In this document: one piece after another, positions 9,473 to 18,516 of the stretch
Numbering within the stretch: the first letter of the stretch is position 1
Layout of the letters: every line of letters starts with the position of its first letter
Source: a candidate division WWE3 bacterium RIFCSPLOWO2_01_FULL_39_13
GTDB taxonomy: Bacteria; Patescibacteriota; WWE3; 2-01-FULL-39-13
Assembly (NCBI GenBank): GCA_001772665.1
Contig: MEVH01000015.1
Span: 13,223 to 50,283, forward strand
DNA: 37,061 nucleotides
Direction of reading: 5' to 3'
The notes under the pieces: generated by a model
The model's database searches: none
The model's input: the letters and a program-made list of their open reading frames with translations, nothing else
What the model was told of the DNA's origin: nothing
Position numbers and translations under genes: made by a program

Positions 9473-9644
9473 TGGAGGCCCGTATCGGAATCGGTCGCCA
9501 CAGGCGACTTGCAGACTCATGCCTTACCTCCATCCATTATCTTATCCATCGCTATATCTGGAGGCCCGTATCGGAATCGGTCGCCGTAGGCGACTTGCAG
9601 ACTCATGCCTTACCTCCATCCATTATCTTATCCATCGCTATATC
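9473..9644 (-). repeat. Two tandem 86-bp units, each a partial tRNA-Cys copy with hairpin replacement plus a 33-nt tail
   Basis: Units 9473-9558 and 9559-9644 are identical except the hairpin loop (ACA vs GTA). The third period starts the intact tRNA-Cys at 9645. Confidence 0.92.
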
Positions 9645-9718
9645 TGGAGGCCCGTATCGGAATCGAACCGATGGTGAGAGTTTTGCAGACTCATGCCTTG
9701 CCACTTGGCGAACGGGCC
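9645..9718 (-). tRNA. tRNA-Cys(GCA)
   Basis: GGCCCGT/ACGGGCC acceptor, U73 discriminator, CTGCAAA anticodon loop, ATCGG-TTCGATT-CCGAT T-arm, encoded CCA; 74 nt. Confidence 0.95.
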
Positions 9719-9721
9719 ACA

Positions 9722-9976
9722 CTATAAATTTAAATTATCTCCTAACTTCTTTTTAATTTGCTCCCTTCCTCGTCCACTCTTGATAAACTTTTCTCTTCTT
9801 TCAGCTTCAAACTTTTTTTTATAACATTCAAAATAAATCAACACAGGTTTCTGCCCACGAGTTGTTCTAACCTGACCGTTTAAATGCTCTAGCATCCTCC
9901 TGTCTAAATTATTCGTATATCCATAATAAAACCTGTTATTCTTTTGTCTAAGGACATAGACATAATACATTTTCAC
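9722..9976 (-). CDS. Small standalone GIY-YIG nuclease (UPF0213/Slx1-like)
   Basis: YYVYVL…FYYGYT motifs, LDRRMLEH and AERREKFIKSGRG; 82-84 aa (start GTG 9976 or ATG 9970). Confidence 0.9.
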   Translation of the reverse strand: MKMYYVYVLRQKNNRFYYGYTNNLDRRMLEHLNGQVRTTRGQKPVLIYFECYKKKFEAERREKFIKSGRGREQIKKKLGDNLNL

Positions 9977-9977
9977 C

Positions 9978-10066
9978 GAGACCCGTATCGGAATCGGTCA
10001 CCGTAGGCGACTTGCAGACTCATGCCTTACCACCCTCCTACGGCGGGCATGCTTGGCGAACGAGCC
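9978..10066 (-). pseudogene. Near full-length defective tRNA-Cys copy with two hairpin inserts
   Basis: Colinear with 9645-9718 but has GTCACC-GTA-GGCGAC (9997-10011), a D-loop insert containing CCCTCC-TAC-GGCGGG, acceptor substitutions and no CCA. Confidence 0.85.
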
Positions 10067-10088
10067 AAAGAATCTTTCTTCAAAGGAA

Positions 10089-10097
10089 ATTATACCA
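10089..10097 (-). promoter_or_regulatory. Extended -10 (TGGTATAAT), probably driving the pseudo-tRNA/GIY-YIG/tRNA cluster
   Basis: Perfect TGn-TATAAT about 22 nt upstream of the first tRNA-like copy. Confidence 0.55.
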
Positions 10098-10166
10098 ATT
10101 AAAAGCTTTACTGGACACGCAAACCACGTCTTCGTCTATTCTTTGGGTCTATGATATTATCTTTCT

Positions 10167-11012
10167 GTGGATCTAAAAGAAATTGAGGCAAAATCCATTC
10201 TTGTTAAATCGAATCTTCCTGATACCGATTATGTAATAAATCCATACACTGGATGCAGTTTTGGATGCACTTATTGCTACGCCAGCTTTATGGGCAGGTT
10301 CAACGGAAAAACTTTTGATGACTGGGGGAAATATGTCTTTGCAAAAACCAATGCTCCTAAGCTTCTAGAAAGACAAATCAAAAGTATTAAAAACAAAGGC
10401 AAAGGAAAAACTGTTTTTCTAAGCTCAGTAACGGATCCTTATCAAGGGATAGAGGCTAAATATAAACTCACGCGACAATGTTTACAGACACTTTTCGAAC
10501 ATGACTTTCAAGGACTAGTTGCAATACTTACTAAATCAGATTTAGTTTTAAGGGATTTAAACATCCTCCAAAAGCTACACCATGTGGAGGCTGGATTAAC
10601 TATCACGTCAACTGACGACTCTATTTCAAGGTATTTTGAAAAATATGCTCCCGCAGTGTCTAGAAGACTGAAGGCTTTAGCCACACTTAACAAAGCTAAA
10701 ATTTCTACGTATGCATTTATCGGCCCTTTGCTCCCTCACTATATCAGCAAAGAAAAGGAACTGGACAAACTGCTAAAGGCGATTGCCGACACAGGCACAA
10801 AAGAAGTCTACGTAGAGCATATTAATTTGACCAGTTACATATTGGGAAGACTCAGAAAAGAAATGAAAAATGCCGATCCGAAAATTTTAGACACATTCTA
10901 TAAATCCAAAAACAAAAAATACCAAGAAGAACTGGACAAAATAGTAGAGGATTTGTGTAAGAAGCACAAACTTAAGATTCGTCTAGGGAAAACCATAAAA
11001 CATGGGCAATAG
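10167..11012 (+). CDS. Radical SAM protein (SplB/Rv2578c-like)
   Basis: INPYTGCSFGCTYCYA (CxxxCxxC), SSVTDPYQ and ILTKS motifs. Confidence 0.88.
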   Translation: MDLKEIEAKSILVKSNLPDTDYVINPYTGCSFGCTYCYASFMGRFNGKTFDDWGKYVFAKTNAPKLLERQIKSIKNKGKGKTVFLSSVTDPYQGIEAKYKLTRQCLQTLFEHDFQGLVAILTKSDLVLRDLNILQKLHHVEAGLTITSTDDSISRYFEKYAPAVSRRLKALATLNKAKISTYAFIGPLLPHYISKEKELDKLLKAIADTGTKEVYVEHINLTSYILGRLRKEMKNADPKILDTFYKSKNKKYQEELDKIVEDLCKKHKLKIRLGKTIKHGQ

Positions 11013-11093
11013 AGATAGAATTAATCTAAGTAGAGATTTACTCCTTTCGACTCCTCTTCTTGTCATCCCAATCGCTCAACTGCCAACTACTTA

Positions 11094-11123
11094 TTGACAC
11101 TCTCTGGGTTGGTCTGCTATATT
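11094..11123 (+). promoter_or_regulatory. groESL promoter overlapping a CIRCE-like operator
   Basis: TTGACA-18-TATATT. The same bases read TTGACACTC-N9-GTCTGCTAT, compared with CIRCE TTAGCACTC-N9-GAGTGCTAA. Confidence 0.6.
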
Positions 11124-11209
11124 TTGACCCGATAGTATAAATATTAGTTATTATTTCGAGGATAATTGGCGCTTTCAAAAATCTGAAAACCCCAATTCCA
11201 AAAACAAAT

Positions 11210-11503
11210 ATGAAGATAAAACCTATATCAGATAAGGTCGTTCTTAAACTTTTAGATCCTAAAGAAAAAACCTCAGGAGGAATTTACCTCCCAGACGAAG
11301 CCCAAGAAGAAACACATTTAGCAGAAGTCATAGCAGTCGGCGAAGGAAGATTTTCTGAAAGCGGACAGCTCATAAAACCCGGCGTTAAAAAAGGCCAGAA
11401 AGTCCTTATCAAAGGCAAATGGGCCGGAGACAACGTAACCATAGACGGCGTCGAATACAAAATAGTCAGCGACACCGACATTTTAGCTGTAGTCGAAGAT
11501 TAG
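11210..11503 (+). CDS. groES: Co-chaperonin GroES
   Basis: IKPISDKV, TSGGIYLP, VIAVGEG and DILAVV motifs. Confidence 0.97.
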   Translation: MKIKPISDKVVLKLLDPKEKTSGGIYLPDEAQEETHLAEVIAVGEGRFSESGQLIKPGVKKGQKVLIKGKWAGDNVTIDGVEYKIVSDTDILAVVED

Positions 11504-11581
11504 TTGCTTAGTTTAAAAAATATCAATTAGTTCAAGAAGCTATAGTATTTTTCTCTAACTTCTTGGGATCACAAATAAAAT

Positions 11582-13213
11582 ATGCCAAAACAAATTATAT
11601 ACAAACAGGAAGCCCAGACAAAACTCAAAAAAGGAGTAGACGCAGTTGCAAACGCAGTCGGCGCAACCATGGGTCCGCTCGGTCGGAATGTCGGGTTGGA
11701 AAAAACATGGGGAGCTCCAACTGTAACCCACGATGGCGTAACCGTAGCAAAAGAAATTGAGCTTAAAGACAAATTCGAAAACATTGGGGCAAAGCTCGTT
11801 TTAGAAGCAGCCACCAAAACCAATGATGTTGCAGGCGATGGAACCACTACTGCTATACTTATCGCCCAGGCGCTTGTTGAATCAGGACTCAAAAATGTCG
11901 CAGCAGGAGCCAATCCAATGTTTGTCCGCCGTGGCCTTGAAAAAGCGGTCAAAGAAGTAACTGCAAAAATCAAAGAAATGGCAAAAGATATAAAAGTGGA
12001 TGAACGCACACAGGTAGCAACCAACTCAGCGCAGGATCCGCAGATCGGCAAAATAATCGCCGACGCCATGCAGAAAGTCGGCCCTGACGGCGTAATCACC
12101 ATAGAAGAAGGCCGAAGCCTTGAAATGGAGCTAGAAACCAAAGAAGGAATGAACTTCGACAATGGCTATTTATCGGCATACTTCGTAACTGATCCCGACA
12201 AGATGGTCGCAGAGATTGAAGATGCACATATTCTTATAACTGATAAAAAAATAAGCACCCTTCAGGATCTGGTTCCAATGCTCGAGAATCTCGTTAAGTT
12301 AACGCAGAATCTTGTAATAATTGCAGAGGATATCGAAGGCCAGGCTCTAGCCACTCTAGTAGTCAATAAACTGCGCGGATCTTTAAAGGTTCTTGCGGTA
12401 AAAGCTCCAGGATTCGGCGATAGAAGAAAATCAATGCTTGAAGATATAGCAGCGGTCACCGGCGGGCAACTCATAAGCGATGATGTCGGCAGAAAGCTGG
12501 ATTCTGTGACTATTGAAGATCTCGGCCGTGCAGATAAAGTCATTTCAACCAAAGACGACACAACTATCGTCGGTGGAAAGGGAAACAAAGAATTAATCAA
12601 AGCACGCGAAAATCAGATCAGAAAAGAAATGGATGAATCTACAAGCGACTACGATAAAGAGAAACTGCAAGAAAGACTTGCAAAACTTATAGGAGGAGTC
12701 GCAATAATAAGCGTAGGCGCAGCAACTGAAGCAGAGATGAAAGAGAAAAAGTACCGTGTAGAAGACGCTGTCAATGCCACTCAGGCCGCAGTGGCCGAAG
12801 GCATTGTCCCAGGAGGAGGAGTCGCATTTCTTAAAGCAAGAAGGGTTTTAAACAGCCTTAAGCTTGACAAAGAGGAACAAGTGGGAGTTGAAATCCTTCA
12901 CGAGGCGCTTGAAAAGCCTTTCAGAAAGCTTGCCGAAAATGCCGGTCTTGAGCCCGGAATGTACATAAAAGAGATAGAGGATAATCTTTCTAAAAATATA
13001 GGACTTAATGTAATGACTGGAGTACTTGAAAATATGCTCGAAGCCGGGATAATTGATCCCGCGAAAGTAACCAGAAGCGCGGTGGAAAATGCCGTCAGCG
13101 TTGCTATAAGCATTATTACAACTGATGCATTAATTGCAGATGAACCTCAACCAGAAAAACCCGAACCAGGAGCCGGAGGCGGAATGCCGGGTGGCATGGG
13201 CGGAATGATGTAA
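11582..13213 (+). CDS. groEL: Chaperonin GroEL
   Basis: [18 protein letters not shown] and the GGM tail. Confidence 0.99.
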   Translation: MPKQIIYKQEAQTKLKKGVDAVANAVGATMGPLGRNVGLEKTWGAPTVTHDGVTVAKEIELKDKFENIGAKLVLEAATKTNDVAGDGTTTAILIAQALVESGLKNVAAGANPMFVRRGLEKAVKEVTAKIKEMAKDIKVDERTQVATNSAQDPQIGKIIADAMQKVGPDGVITIEEGRSLEMELETKEGMNFDNGYLSAYFVTDPDKMVAEIEDAHILITDKKISTLQDLVPMLENLVKLTQNLVIIAEDIEGQALATLVVNKLRGSLKVLAVKAPGFGDRRKSMLEDIAAVTGGQLISDDVGRKLDSVTIEDLGRADKVISTKDDTTIVGGKGNKELIKARENQIRKEMDESTSDYDKEKLQERLAKLIGGVAIISVGAATEAEMKEKKYRVEDAVNATQAAVAEGIVPGGGVAFLKARRVLNSLKLDKEEQVGVEILHEALEKPFRKLAENAGLEPGMYIKEIEDNLSKNIGLNVMTGVLENMLEAGIIDPAKVTRSAVENAVSVAISIITTDALIADEPQPEKPEPGAGGGMPGGMGGMM

Positions 13214-13229
13214 AACTCAGATATCTAAA

Positions 13230-13276
13230 AACTCCCGGAGGTTGTCCGAAAAAGCCTCCGGGGTTGACTCTTTTTT
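13230..13276 (+). terminator. Probable intrinsic terminator between groEL and the convergent PIN gene
   Basis: CCCGGAGG/CCTCCGGG stem followed by a T-run. Confidence 0.55.
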
Positions 13277-13300
13277 CCAACACAAATAATCTATCTATTA

Positions 13301-13744
13301 TTATAATGATATCTTCTTTATTACTGCATCGGGCTCCATTCTGATTACCCCAATTTTGTCAAAATCCTTGTCATATGAAATCACTATCCACTCTCGGCTT
13401 GAAACATTATCTATAGAGGATATTAATGCATCAATATACTTTACAGATTTATCGTTATAGATCCTAAGCGCACCTTCATAGTTGTACTTGTCCACGATAT
13501 CAAGCCCGTGGAGATTATGTATACTTTGAAGCGAGTAAATTACATCTTCTTTTGAAAGCCTGTAAAACGACTTCAGTGTCCAGACTATTTCCGCTAAAAT
13601 AATCCCTGCAGTAACCGATTTAACCTTATTCATTTTAACAAGCTTCAAAAACCCTACACAGTCATTAAACATTCGTGCATCATCTTTTATTATTGTTCTC
13701 AGAAAAATATTAGAGTCAATAAAATAGGTTTTAGACTCTTTCAT
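13301..13744 (-). CDS. PIN-domain (VapC-like) toxin
   Basis: FIDSNIFLR, AEIVW, YIDALI and SYDKDF acidic PIN motifs. Confidence 0.9.
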   Translation of the reverse strand: MKESKTYFIDSNIFLRTIIKDDARMFNDCVGFLKLVKMNKVKSVTAGIILAEIVWTLKSFYRLSKEDVIYSLQSIHNLHGLDIVDKYNYEGALRIYNDKSVKYIDALISSIDNVSSREWIVISYDKDFDKIGVIRMEPDAVIKKISL

Positions 13745-13964
13745 AGTTTTTCTCTAACGATTCTCTCGCCAAAAGGATGGATTTATTTCCTTTCGACTTG
13801 AACTTTCCCGCAATATCAAGGATGTCATGCGTAGGCACAACTTTTATATTCTTCCCAAAAGCCTCTATCTTTACTTTGTCATAAATCTTTATTCCAAGAT
13901 TGTCCCTTATCGTTTTTGGAAGTGTTATCTGTCCTTTTTGAGTAACCGTAGTCACATAAGTCAT
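13731..13964 (-). CDS. AbrB/MazE-family antitoxin
   Basis: VTQKGQITLPKTIRDNLGI; overlaps the PIN gene start. Confidence 0.9.
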   Translation of the reverse strand: MTYVTTVTQKGQITLPKTIRDNLGIKIYDKVKIEAFGKNIKVVPTHDILDIAGKFKSKGNKSILLARESLEKNYERV

Positions 13965-13970
13965 ACCAAC

Positions 13971-13999
13971 ACTATAAGTATTACTGCGACCCTTGTCAA
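13971..13999 (-). promoter_or_regulatory. Sigma70 promoter of the AbrB-PIN operon
   Basis: TTGACA-17-TATAGT, 6 nt before the ATG. Confidence 0.75.
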
Positions 14000-14092
14000 T
14001 ACCGGCTAGCGCAACTGAACAACCTTGAAGCCACAGAGATGCCTAAGTTCTAGACTCACTTTGTGTTAAAATCTCAATATTAAGATTAAGAT

Positions 14093-14818
14093 ATGCTGTC
14101 AGAAATTTTCAATAAATATCACATAGAACTTCTGAACGGGCTTAAGAAACATATTAAAAAAGAAGGATTGCAGAAACCCGAAAGCGGTAATAAGTACATT
14201 GGGACGAAAAGAATTTACTACAACATCAAGACAGAAGTAATAAACAATCTTGTAAAAAACTGGATAAAGGAGCATAAGAATCTTGGGATTTCTGAATACA
14301 CCGAATTGCTGAATTCCCTTTTTAAGGGCGAATCGCACGAGGAGTCTTCATTGGGAGGAAAACTCTTGGGATATCTGCCCAAATTAAGAAGTGAGCTGAA
14401 TCCACAAGCAATTGACAAATGGCTTGACAATGCAGATGGATGGGCAGAGGTGGACTGCATATGCCAGGCAAACTTTACCTCAAAAGAGCTCCTTCAGAAG
14501 TGGATTGAATGGGAAAATCTTATATCTAAATTCTCCACAGATAAAAACGTGCATAAAAAGCGCGCCAGCCTGGTCCTGCTGACAAAGCCAGCAAGACAAT
14601 CAGATGATTCTAGAATATCCAAACTCGCCTTTAAAAACATAGAAAAGCTGAAAGGTGAAAAAGACATTTTGATTACAAAAGCAGTTTCGTGGCTTCTGCG
14701 GGATCTTATAAAAAACCACCGCAGGCAAGTTGAAGACTATCTGTCGAAAAAAGGAGACTCACTTTCCAAAATTGCGGTGCGCGAAACTAAAAAAAAGCTT
14801 TTAACAGGAAGAAAGTGA
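14093..14818 (+). CDS. AlkD-like DNA alkylation repair protein (HEAT-repeat)
   Basis: WAEVD, KRASLV and KAVSWLLR motifs. Confidence 0.82.
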   Translation: MLSEIFNKYHIELLNGLKKHIKKEGLQKPESGNKYIGTKRIYYNIKTEVINNLVKNWIKEHKNLGISEYTELLNSLFKGESHEESSLGGKLLGYLPKLRSELNPQAIDKWLDNADGWAEVDCICQANFTSKELLQKWIEWENLISKFSTDKNVHKKRASLVLLTKPARQSDDSRISKLAFKNIEKLKGEKDILITKAVSWLLRDLIKNHRRQVEDYLSKKGDSLSKIAVRETKKKLLTGRK

Positions 14819-14933
14819 AAAATCCATTGGGACATTCCATCTTCGCGGATTGTAAATACTGCCTTTGAAGTTCGTTTACGACAAACCTCCTCAGCTACAC
14901 ACAAAATATGTCTGCGTGATAAACTTCTTGTAT

Positions 14934-16241
14934 ATGGATCAGGCTGAAAACAAAGTGCAGGATCCAGCTTTTCCTGCCAAAGATATTCCTAAAGAAAACT
15001 CAATGCTGCCGGATATGTCGGGAGAAGACAATGGAAGCAAGGTAAATCAGTCAGAATATGCAGAAAAATTACCATTATTTTCAAGACAGCAAATTAGAAA
15101 GTATATGTCTAAAGCTGTATTACTCTTCTTAATTATTTTTTTAATTCCCGCTGGAATTTTCGCATATAAAAAATTCTGGCCGATGACTCAAACGCCGACT
15201 CCTGCACCACCGCCCGATGAAAATCCAATAATCCCTCCTCCGCCCGAGAAACAACCTGTACTTTTGGCCTATGTGAAAAACCAGAAAGAAATATGGGTTG
15301 CCGACAGCAATGGTGAAAACAAAATAAAAGCTGCTGAGCTTCCCCCAGGATCTCTAAAAACTTTTACAGCTCTAAACTGGAAAGCCAAAGACAAAATCGC
15401 CTATTCAAGCTGTGAAGAAAAAACCGGATGTGACCTTGTCACCATCGATCTTAACGATAAATCAACATCCCTTGAAGACAGAACAAAAGCAACAATAATA
15501 AGAAAATTCACTTTCAGCACTGACGATAATTATTTGGCATACATAACCGATGACACTAAAAATACAAACTTATATCTTAGAACAGGCGCAATAACTTCAA
15601 GTCTGGCATCCTTTAGAACCGCTGTTGACGAAACAAAAGTCAAATCAAGGGTCTTGTTTACAAAAGACAATCAGTACGTTGTCTTTTCAACTCTCCGCAA
15701 AGACCTTATTCCTTCAAAAGAAGATAAAACCAAAATGACAGAACTTATATATCCAATAATTTATGCTTTCAGCCCAAATGGAGCAAAAGTAGACGAGATA
15801 AGAGACGCAGCCGATCCGTTCCTTGTTGAAAACAACCTAATAGGATACACACAATCAGGAAAGTTTTTATACAAAGAAATAGGATCAACCGAATTCTCTG
15901 AAATTACTGAATCATCTGGACTTCAACTGGTGATGTCTCCAGACAAAACCAAAATCGCCTACTGGAAGACAGATGATGAGTTTGCAACCTCTGTAGTCCT
16001 CGGATTATTTGAAACCAAAACAAATATCCACCGCAACATTATAAGGGGGGTAATCCTTCCCGTCTGGCTCAGTGATGATAAATTAATCGGAATAAAAGTA
16101 GACAACTGCATTGGTGAAAGCTGTCTGCTGTACGAATTTAAAACTGCAAGCATTGGAATCATTGATATAAACAACGGAAACATTCAGTTAATTGACCAGG
16201 GCAAATCCATTACCGAGGTTTCAACAAATAATGCCTATTAA
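14934..16241 (+). CDS. Membrane-anchored beta-propeller (TolB-like) protein
   Basis: Single TM segment, Pro-rich linker and PD40-like repeats (FSTDDNYLAY, MSPDKTKIAY). Start placed at ATG 14934. Confidence 0.7.
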   Translation: MDQAENKVQDPAFPAKDIPKENSMLPDMSGEDNGSKVNQSEYAEKLPLFSRQQIRKYMSKAVLLFLIIFLIPAGIFAYKKFWPMTQTPTPAPPPDENPIIPPPPEKQPVLLAYVKNQKEIWVADSNGENKIKAAELPPGSLKTFTALNWKAKDKIAYSSCEEKTGCDLVTIDLNDKSTSLEDRTKATIIRKFTFSTDDNYLAYITDDTKNTNLYLRTGAITSSLASFRTAVDETKVKSRVLFTKDNQYVVFSTLRKDLIPSKEDKTKMTELIYPIIYAFSPNGAKVDEIRDAADPFLVENNLIGYTQSGKFLYKEIGSTEFSEITESSGLQLVMSPDKTKIAYWKTDDEFATSVVLGLFETKTNIHRNIIRGVILPVWLSDDKLIGIKVDNCIGESCLLYEFKTASIGIIDINNGNIQLIDQGKSITEVSTNNAY

Positions 16242-17823
16242 AGAAGAAACAATTGAAGGATCTGCAGGAAGAAGGCATCCTGTTCCGCAAAATGTAATGG
16301 ATGTCGAATTCAAAGTTGTTGGAGACCTGACGGTAAGACAGCTCATGTACCTGTTCGCAGGGATGAGCCTTGCCTACATATTCCATAAATCCGGGCTTCC
16401 TGCATTCTGGAGATGGGTATTTATGCTTCTTATTGGAGGATTATCTGTTGCTGTTGCATTCGTTCCGATACAGGAAAGAAGCCTTGATAAATGGCTTATC
16501 AGTTTTATAAAGGCGATGACCGGTCCTGGGCAGAGAGTCTGGAGAAAATCTTACACTCCTCCCGCATATTTTCTGGCTGACTATGCGCAGATAATTAGAA
16601 ATGAAATTATTACTCTAACACCTGCCAAAAGCCGCAGCAAACTCGACGAATATCTTGGCCAGCTGCCAGAAATCCAAACCGATATAGACAAATATGAAGA
16701 TATGAATCTTAAAAACATACATTCGGCATTTGCAAGCTCAACTGCCGATCTGCCGATTGATATACCTCAATCAGATAGACTCCCAGACATGAGAGGCACC
16801 CCAGCAGTTGCTCTAGAAACCCAAGAGGAACCCGAACCATCTGAACTTCCAGAATTTAAGCTTCCAGGGATAAAAACTTCTGAGGCAAAGACACCCGAAG
16901 TCAAGACTTTGAAACCCGCCAAAAAGAAAATGGATCAGGATGAAATAGAATCAAAGCTTGATTTTATGGAAGGATTCGACAGACGCCCGGTTAAAATCGA
17001 CATTACATCTCCGGGTCCGATAGATAGAGCTTTAGTCAATCTTCCGCCTGAATTAAGGGGAGAAATAAATATAGCCACCAAATCAAAACTTCCCACAACA
17101 ATTCTCACAGAAGATGTAGAAGAAATAAAAAGACAGGAAGACAAGCTTGCAAAACAGGCAGGCGAACTTCTCGAGGTTATGAAGAAGGCGAGAGTACAGC
17201 TTAAATACAGCGCAGACGATCCTTCTCAGAATGAAGGAAGAATAGAATTTTACAGGACAAAATACGAAAACATTTCAAAGGAAAGAGAAAAAATATCAGA
17301 AAAAATAAGCCAGAGCAAAGGAAAAGGCATAGACCAGGATCAGGCAGACAATGTTTCTCTAGAAGTTAAAGACACCGTGAAATCTCTGACAGAAAACAAC
17401 CGTAACCTGAAAAATAAGCTAACACAGATACAATCAGAACTGGATTTTCTTAAAGACAAAGCAAAGCAGATTGAAATGGCAGGAAGTCAAAGCACATCAA
17501 CAACTCCAGCCGACACCGGATCAGGATTAGCTGCTTCTCCAATCGGCTTTAATAATGCCGATCCAAATGTCATTACAGGAATAGTAAAAGGGAGGAGCGG
17601 AGATTTGGTTGAAGGCGCGGTAATTATAATAAAAGACGGTGACGGAGACGTTGTTAGAGCTCTAAAAACAAACAAGCTCGGCCAGTTCAAAACACAGACC
17701 TCTCTGCCAGACGGAAAATACACCATAGAAGTAATAAAAGGCGGAGAGAAGTTTGATATAATCTCGGTTAAAGCCACAGGAAAAAATATTCCACCAGTCT
17801 ATCTTGTTGCAAAAGAGACATAA
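16231..17823 (+). CDS. PrgI-family protein with coiled coil and C-terminal carboxypeptidase-regulatory-like Ig domain
   Basis: HPVPQNVMDVEFKVVGDLTVRQL plus 2 TM helices; C-terminal GIVK…GAVIIIKD…TNKLGQF…DGKYTI. Confidence 0.8.
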   Translation: MPIKEETIEGSAGRRHPVPQNVMDVEFKVVGDLTVRQLMYLFAGMSLAYIFHKSGLPAFWRWVFMLLIGGLSVAVAFVPIQERSLDKWLISFIKAMTGPGQRVWRKSYTPPAYFLADYAQIIRNEIITLTPAKSRSKLDEYLGQLPEIQTDIDKYEDMNLKNIHSAFASSTADLPIDIPQSDRLPDMRGTPAVALETQEEPEPSELPEFKLPGIKTSEAKTPEVKTLKPAKKKMDQDEIESKLDFMEGFDRRPVKIDITSPGPIDRALVNLPPELRGEINIATKSKLPTTILTEDVEEIKRQEDKLAKQAGELLEVMKKARVQLKYSADDPSQNEGRIEFYRTKYENISKEREKISEKISQSKGKGIDQDQADNVSLEVKDTVKSLTENNRNLKNKLTQIQSELDFLKDKAKQIEMAGSQSTSTTPADTGSGLAASPIGFNNADPNVITGIVKGRSGDLVEGAVIIIKDGDGDVVRALKTNKLGQFKTQTSLPDGKYTIEVIKGGEKFDIISVKATGKNIPPVYLVAKET

Positions 17824-18515
17824 TGGCCAGTAAAATCTTGGCGACAACACAGGAACATCTAGACATAGCCGATATAAAAGATAATATTGTTGTATTAAAA
17901 AACGGTGGTGCAGTCATAGTTCTTGAGACAACTGCAATAAACTTCGATCTTCTTTCGCTAAGAGAGCAGGATGCAGCCATCGCTGCCTTCAGCTCACTTT
18001 TGAATTCCCTTTCATTCCCTATACAAATTACAATGAGATCAAAAAGGATGGACATCAGCGACTATCTTGAAAAAGTTAAAGAAGTTGAAGCAAAACAATC
18101 AAGTTCGAAAATAAAAGAGCAAATAGTCGCCTATCGGACATTTATAAAAGATGAGCTTGTAACAAAAGGCGAAGTGCTGGACAAGAAATTTTATGTTTCT
18201 GTTCCTTACAAAACTTTCCTTCCGTCAAGCACGCCTTTTGGCTGGATTGAATCACTAATAGAAGGAAAGAAAAAAGGCCAAGGGAAAATAAATGTTGACA
18301 AAATTCTACAAGAAGCCAAAGCAGATCTTGCTCCAAAAATTGATTTTATGATAAAAGAATTTTCACGAATCGGGATCAAAGCTTTACAGCTTAATACGGC
18401 TGAGCTTATAAAATTGTTCTACGAGATATACAATAGCGAAACTTCGCAGACGCAAAAAATCCGCGGGGATATTAATGAGTATACTTCGGCGCTGGTAGAG
18501 CCAAAAATCGCATAA
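17823..18515 (+). CDS. TraC/VirB4 N-terminal-like protein
   Basis: TQEHLDIADIKDNIVVLK, INFDLLS…EQ and LNSLSFPIQI; lies between PrgI-like and VirB4-like genes. Confidence 0.72.
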   Translation: MASKILATTQEHLDIADIKDNIVVLKNGGAVIVLETTAINFDLLSLREQDAAIAAFSSLLNSLSFPIQITMRSKRMDISDYLEKVKEVEAKQSSSKIKEQIVAYRTFIKDELVTKGEVLDKKFYVSVPYKTFLPSSTPFGWIESLIEGKKKGQGKINVDKILQEAKADLAPKIDFMIKEFSRIGIKALQLNTAELIKLFYEIYNSETSQTQKIRGDINEYTSALVEPKIA

Positions 18516-18516
18516 A

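Noticed and set aside
9283-9665. Prophage/ICE att-site duplications of tRNA 3' ends
   Set aside because: No integrase or cargo, and the copies keep anticodon and D-arm sequence with an internal replacement, unlike simple att repeats.
9473-9718. CRISPR array
   Set aside because: The repeats are tRNA-derived, the intervening 33-nt segments are identical rather than unique spacers, and no cas genes are present.
9282-9756. ORFs 9282-9677 and 9424-9756 (+)
   Set aside because: They are antisense to the tRNA genes, and their repeated peptides merely mirror the DNA repeats.
9978-10066. Intron-containing functional tRNA-Cys
   Set aside because: The hairpin replaces essential anticodon-stem and T-stem bases, so removing it cannot restore a cloverleaf; CCA is also lost.
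11569-13113. Minus-strand ORFs within groEL
   Set aside because: Antisense shadows of a conserved gene.
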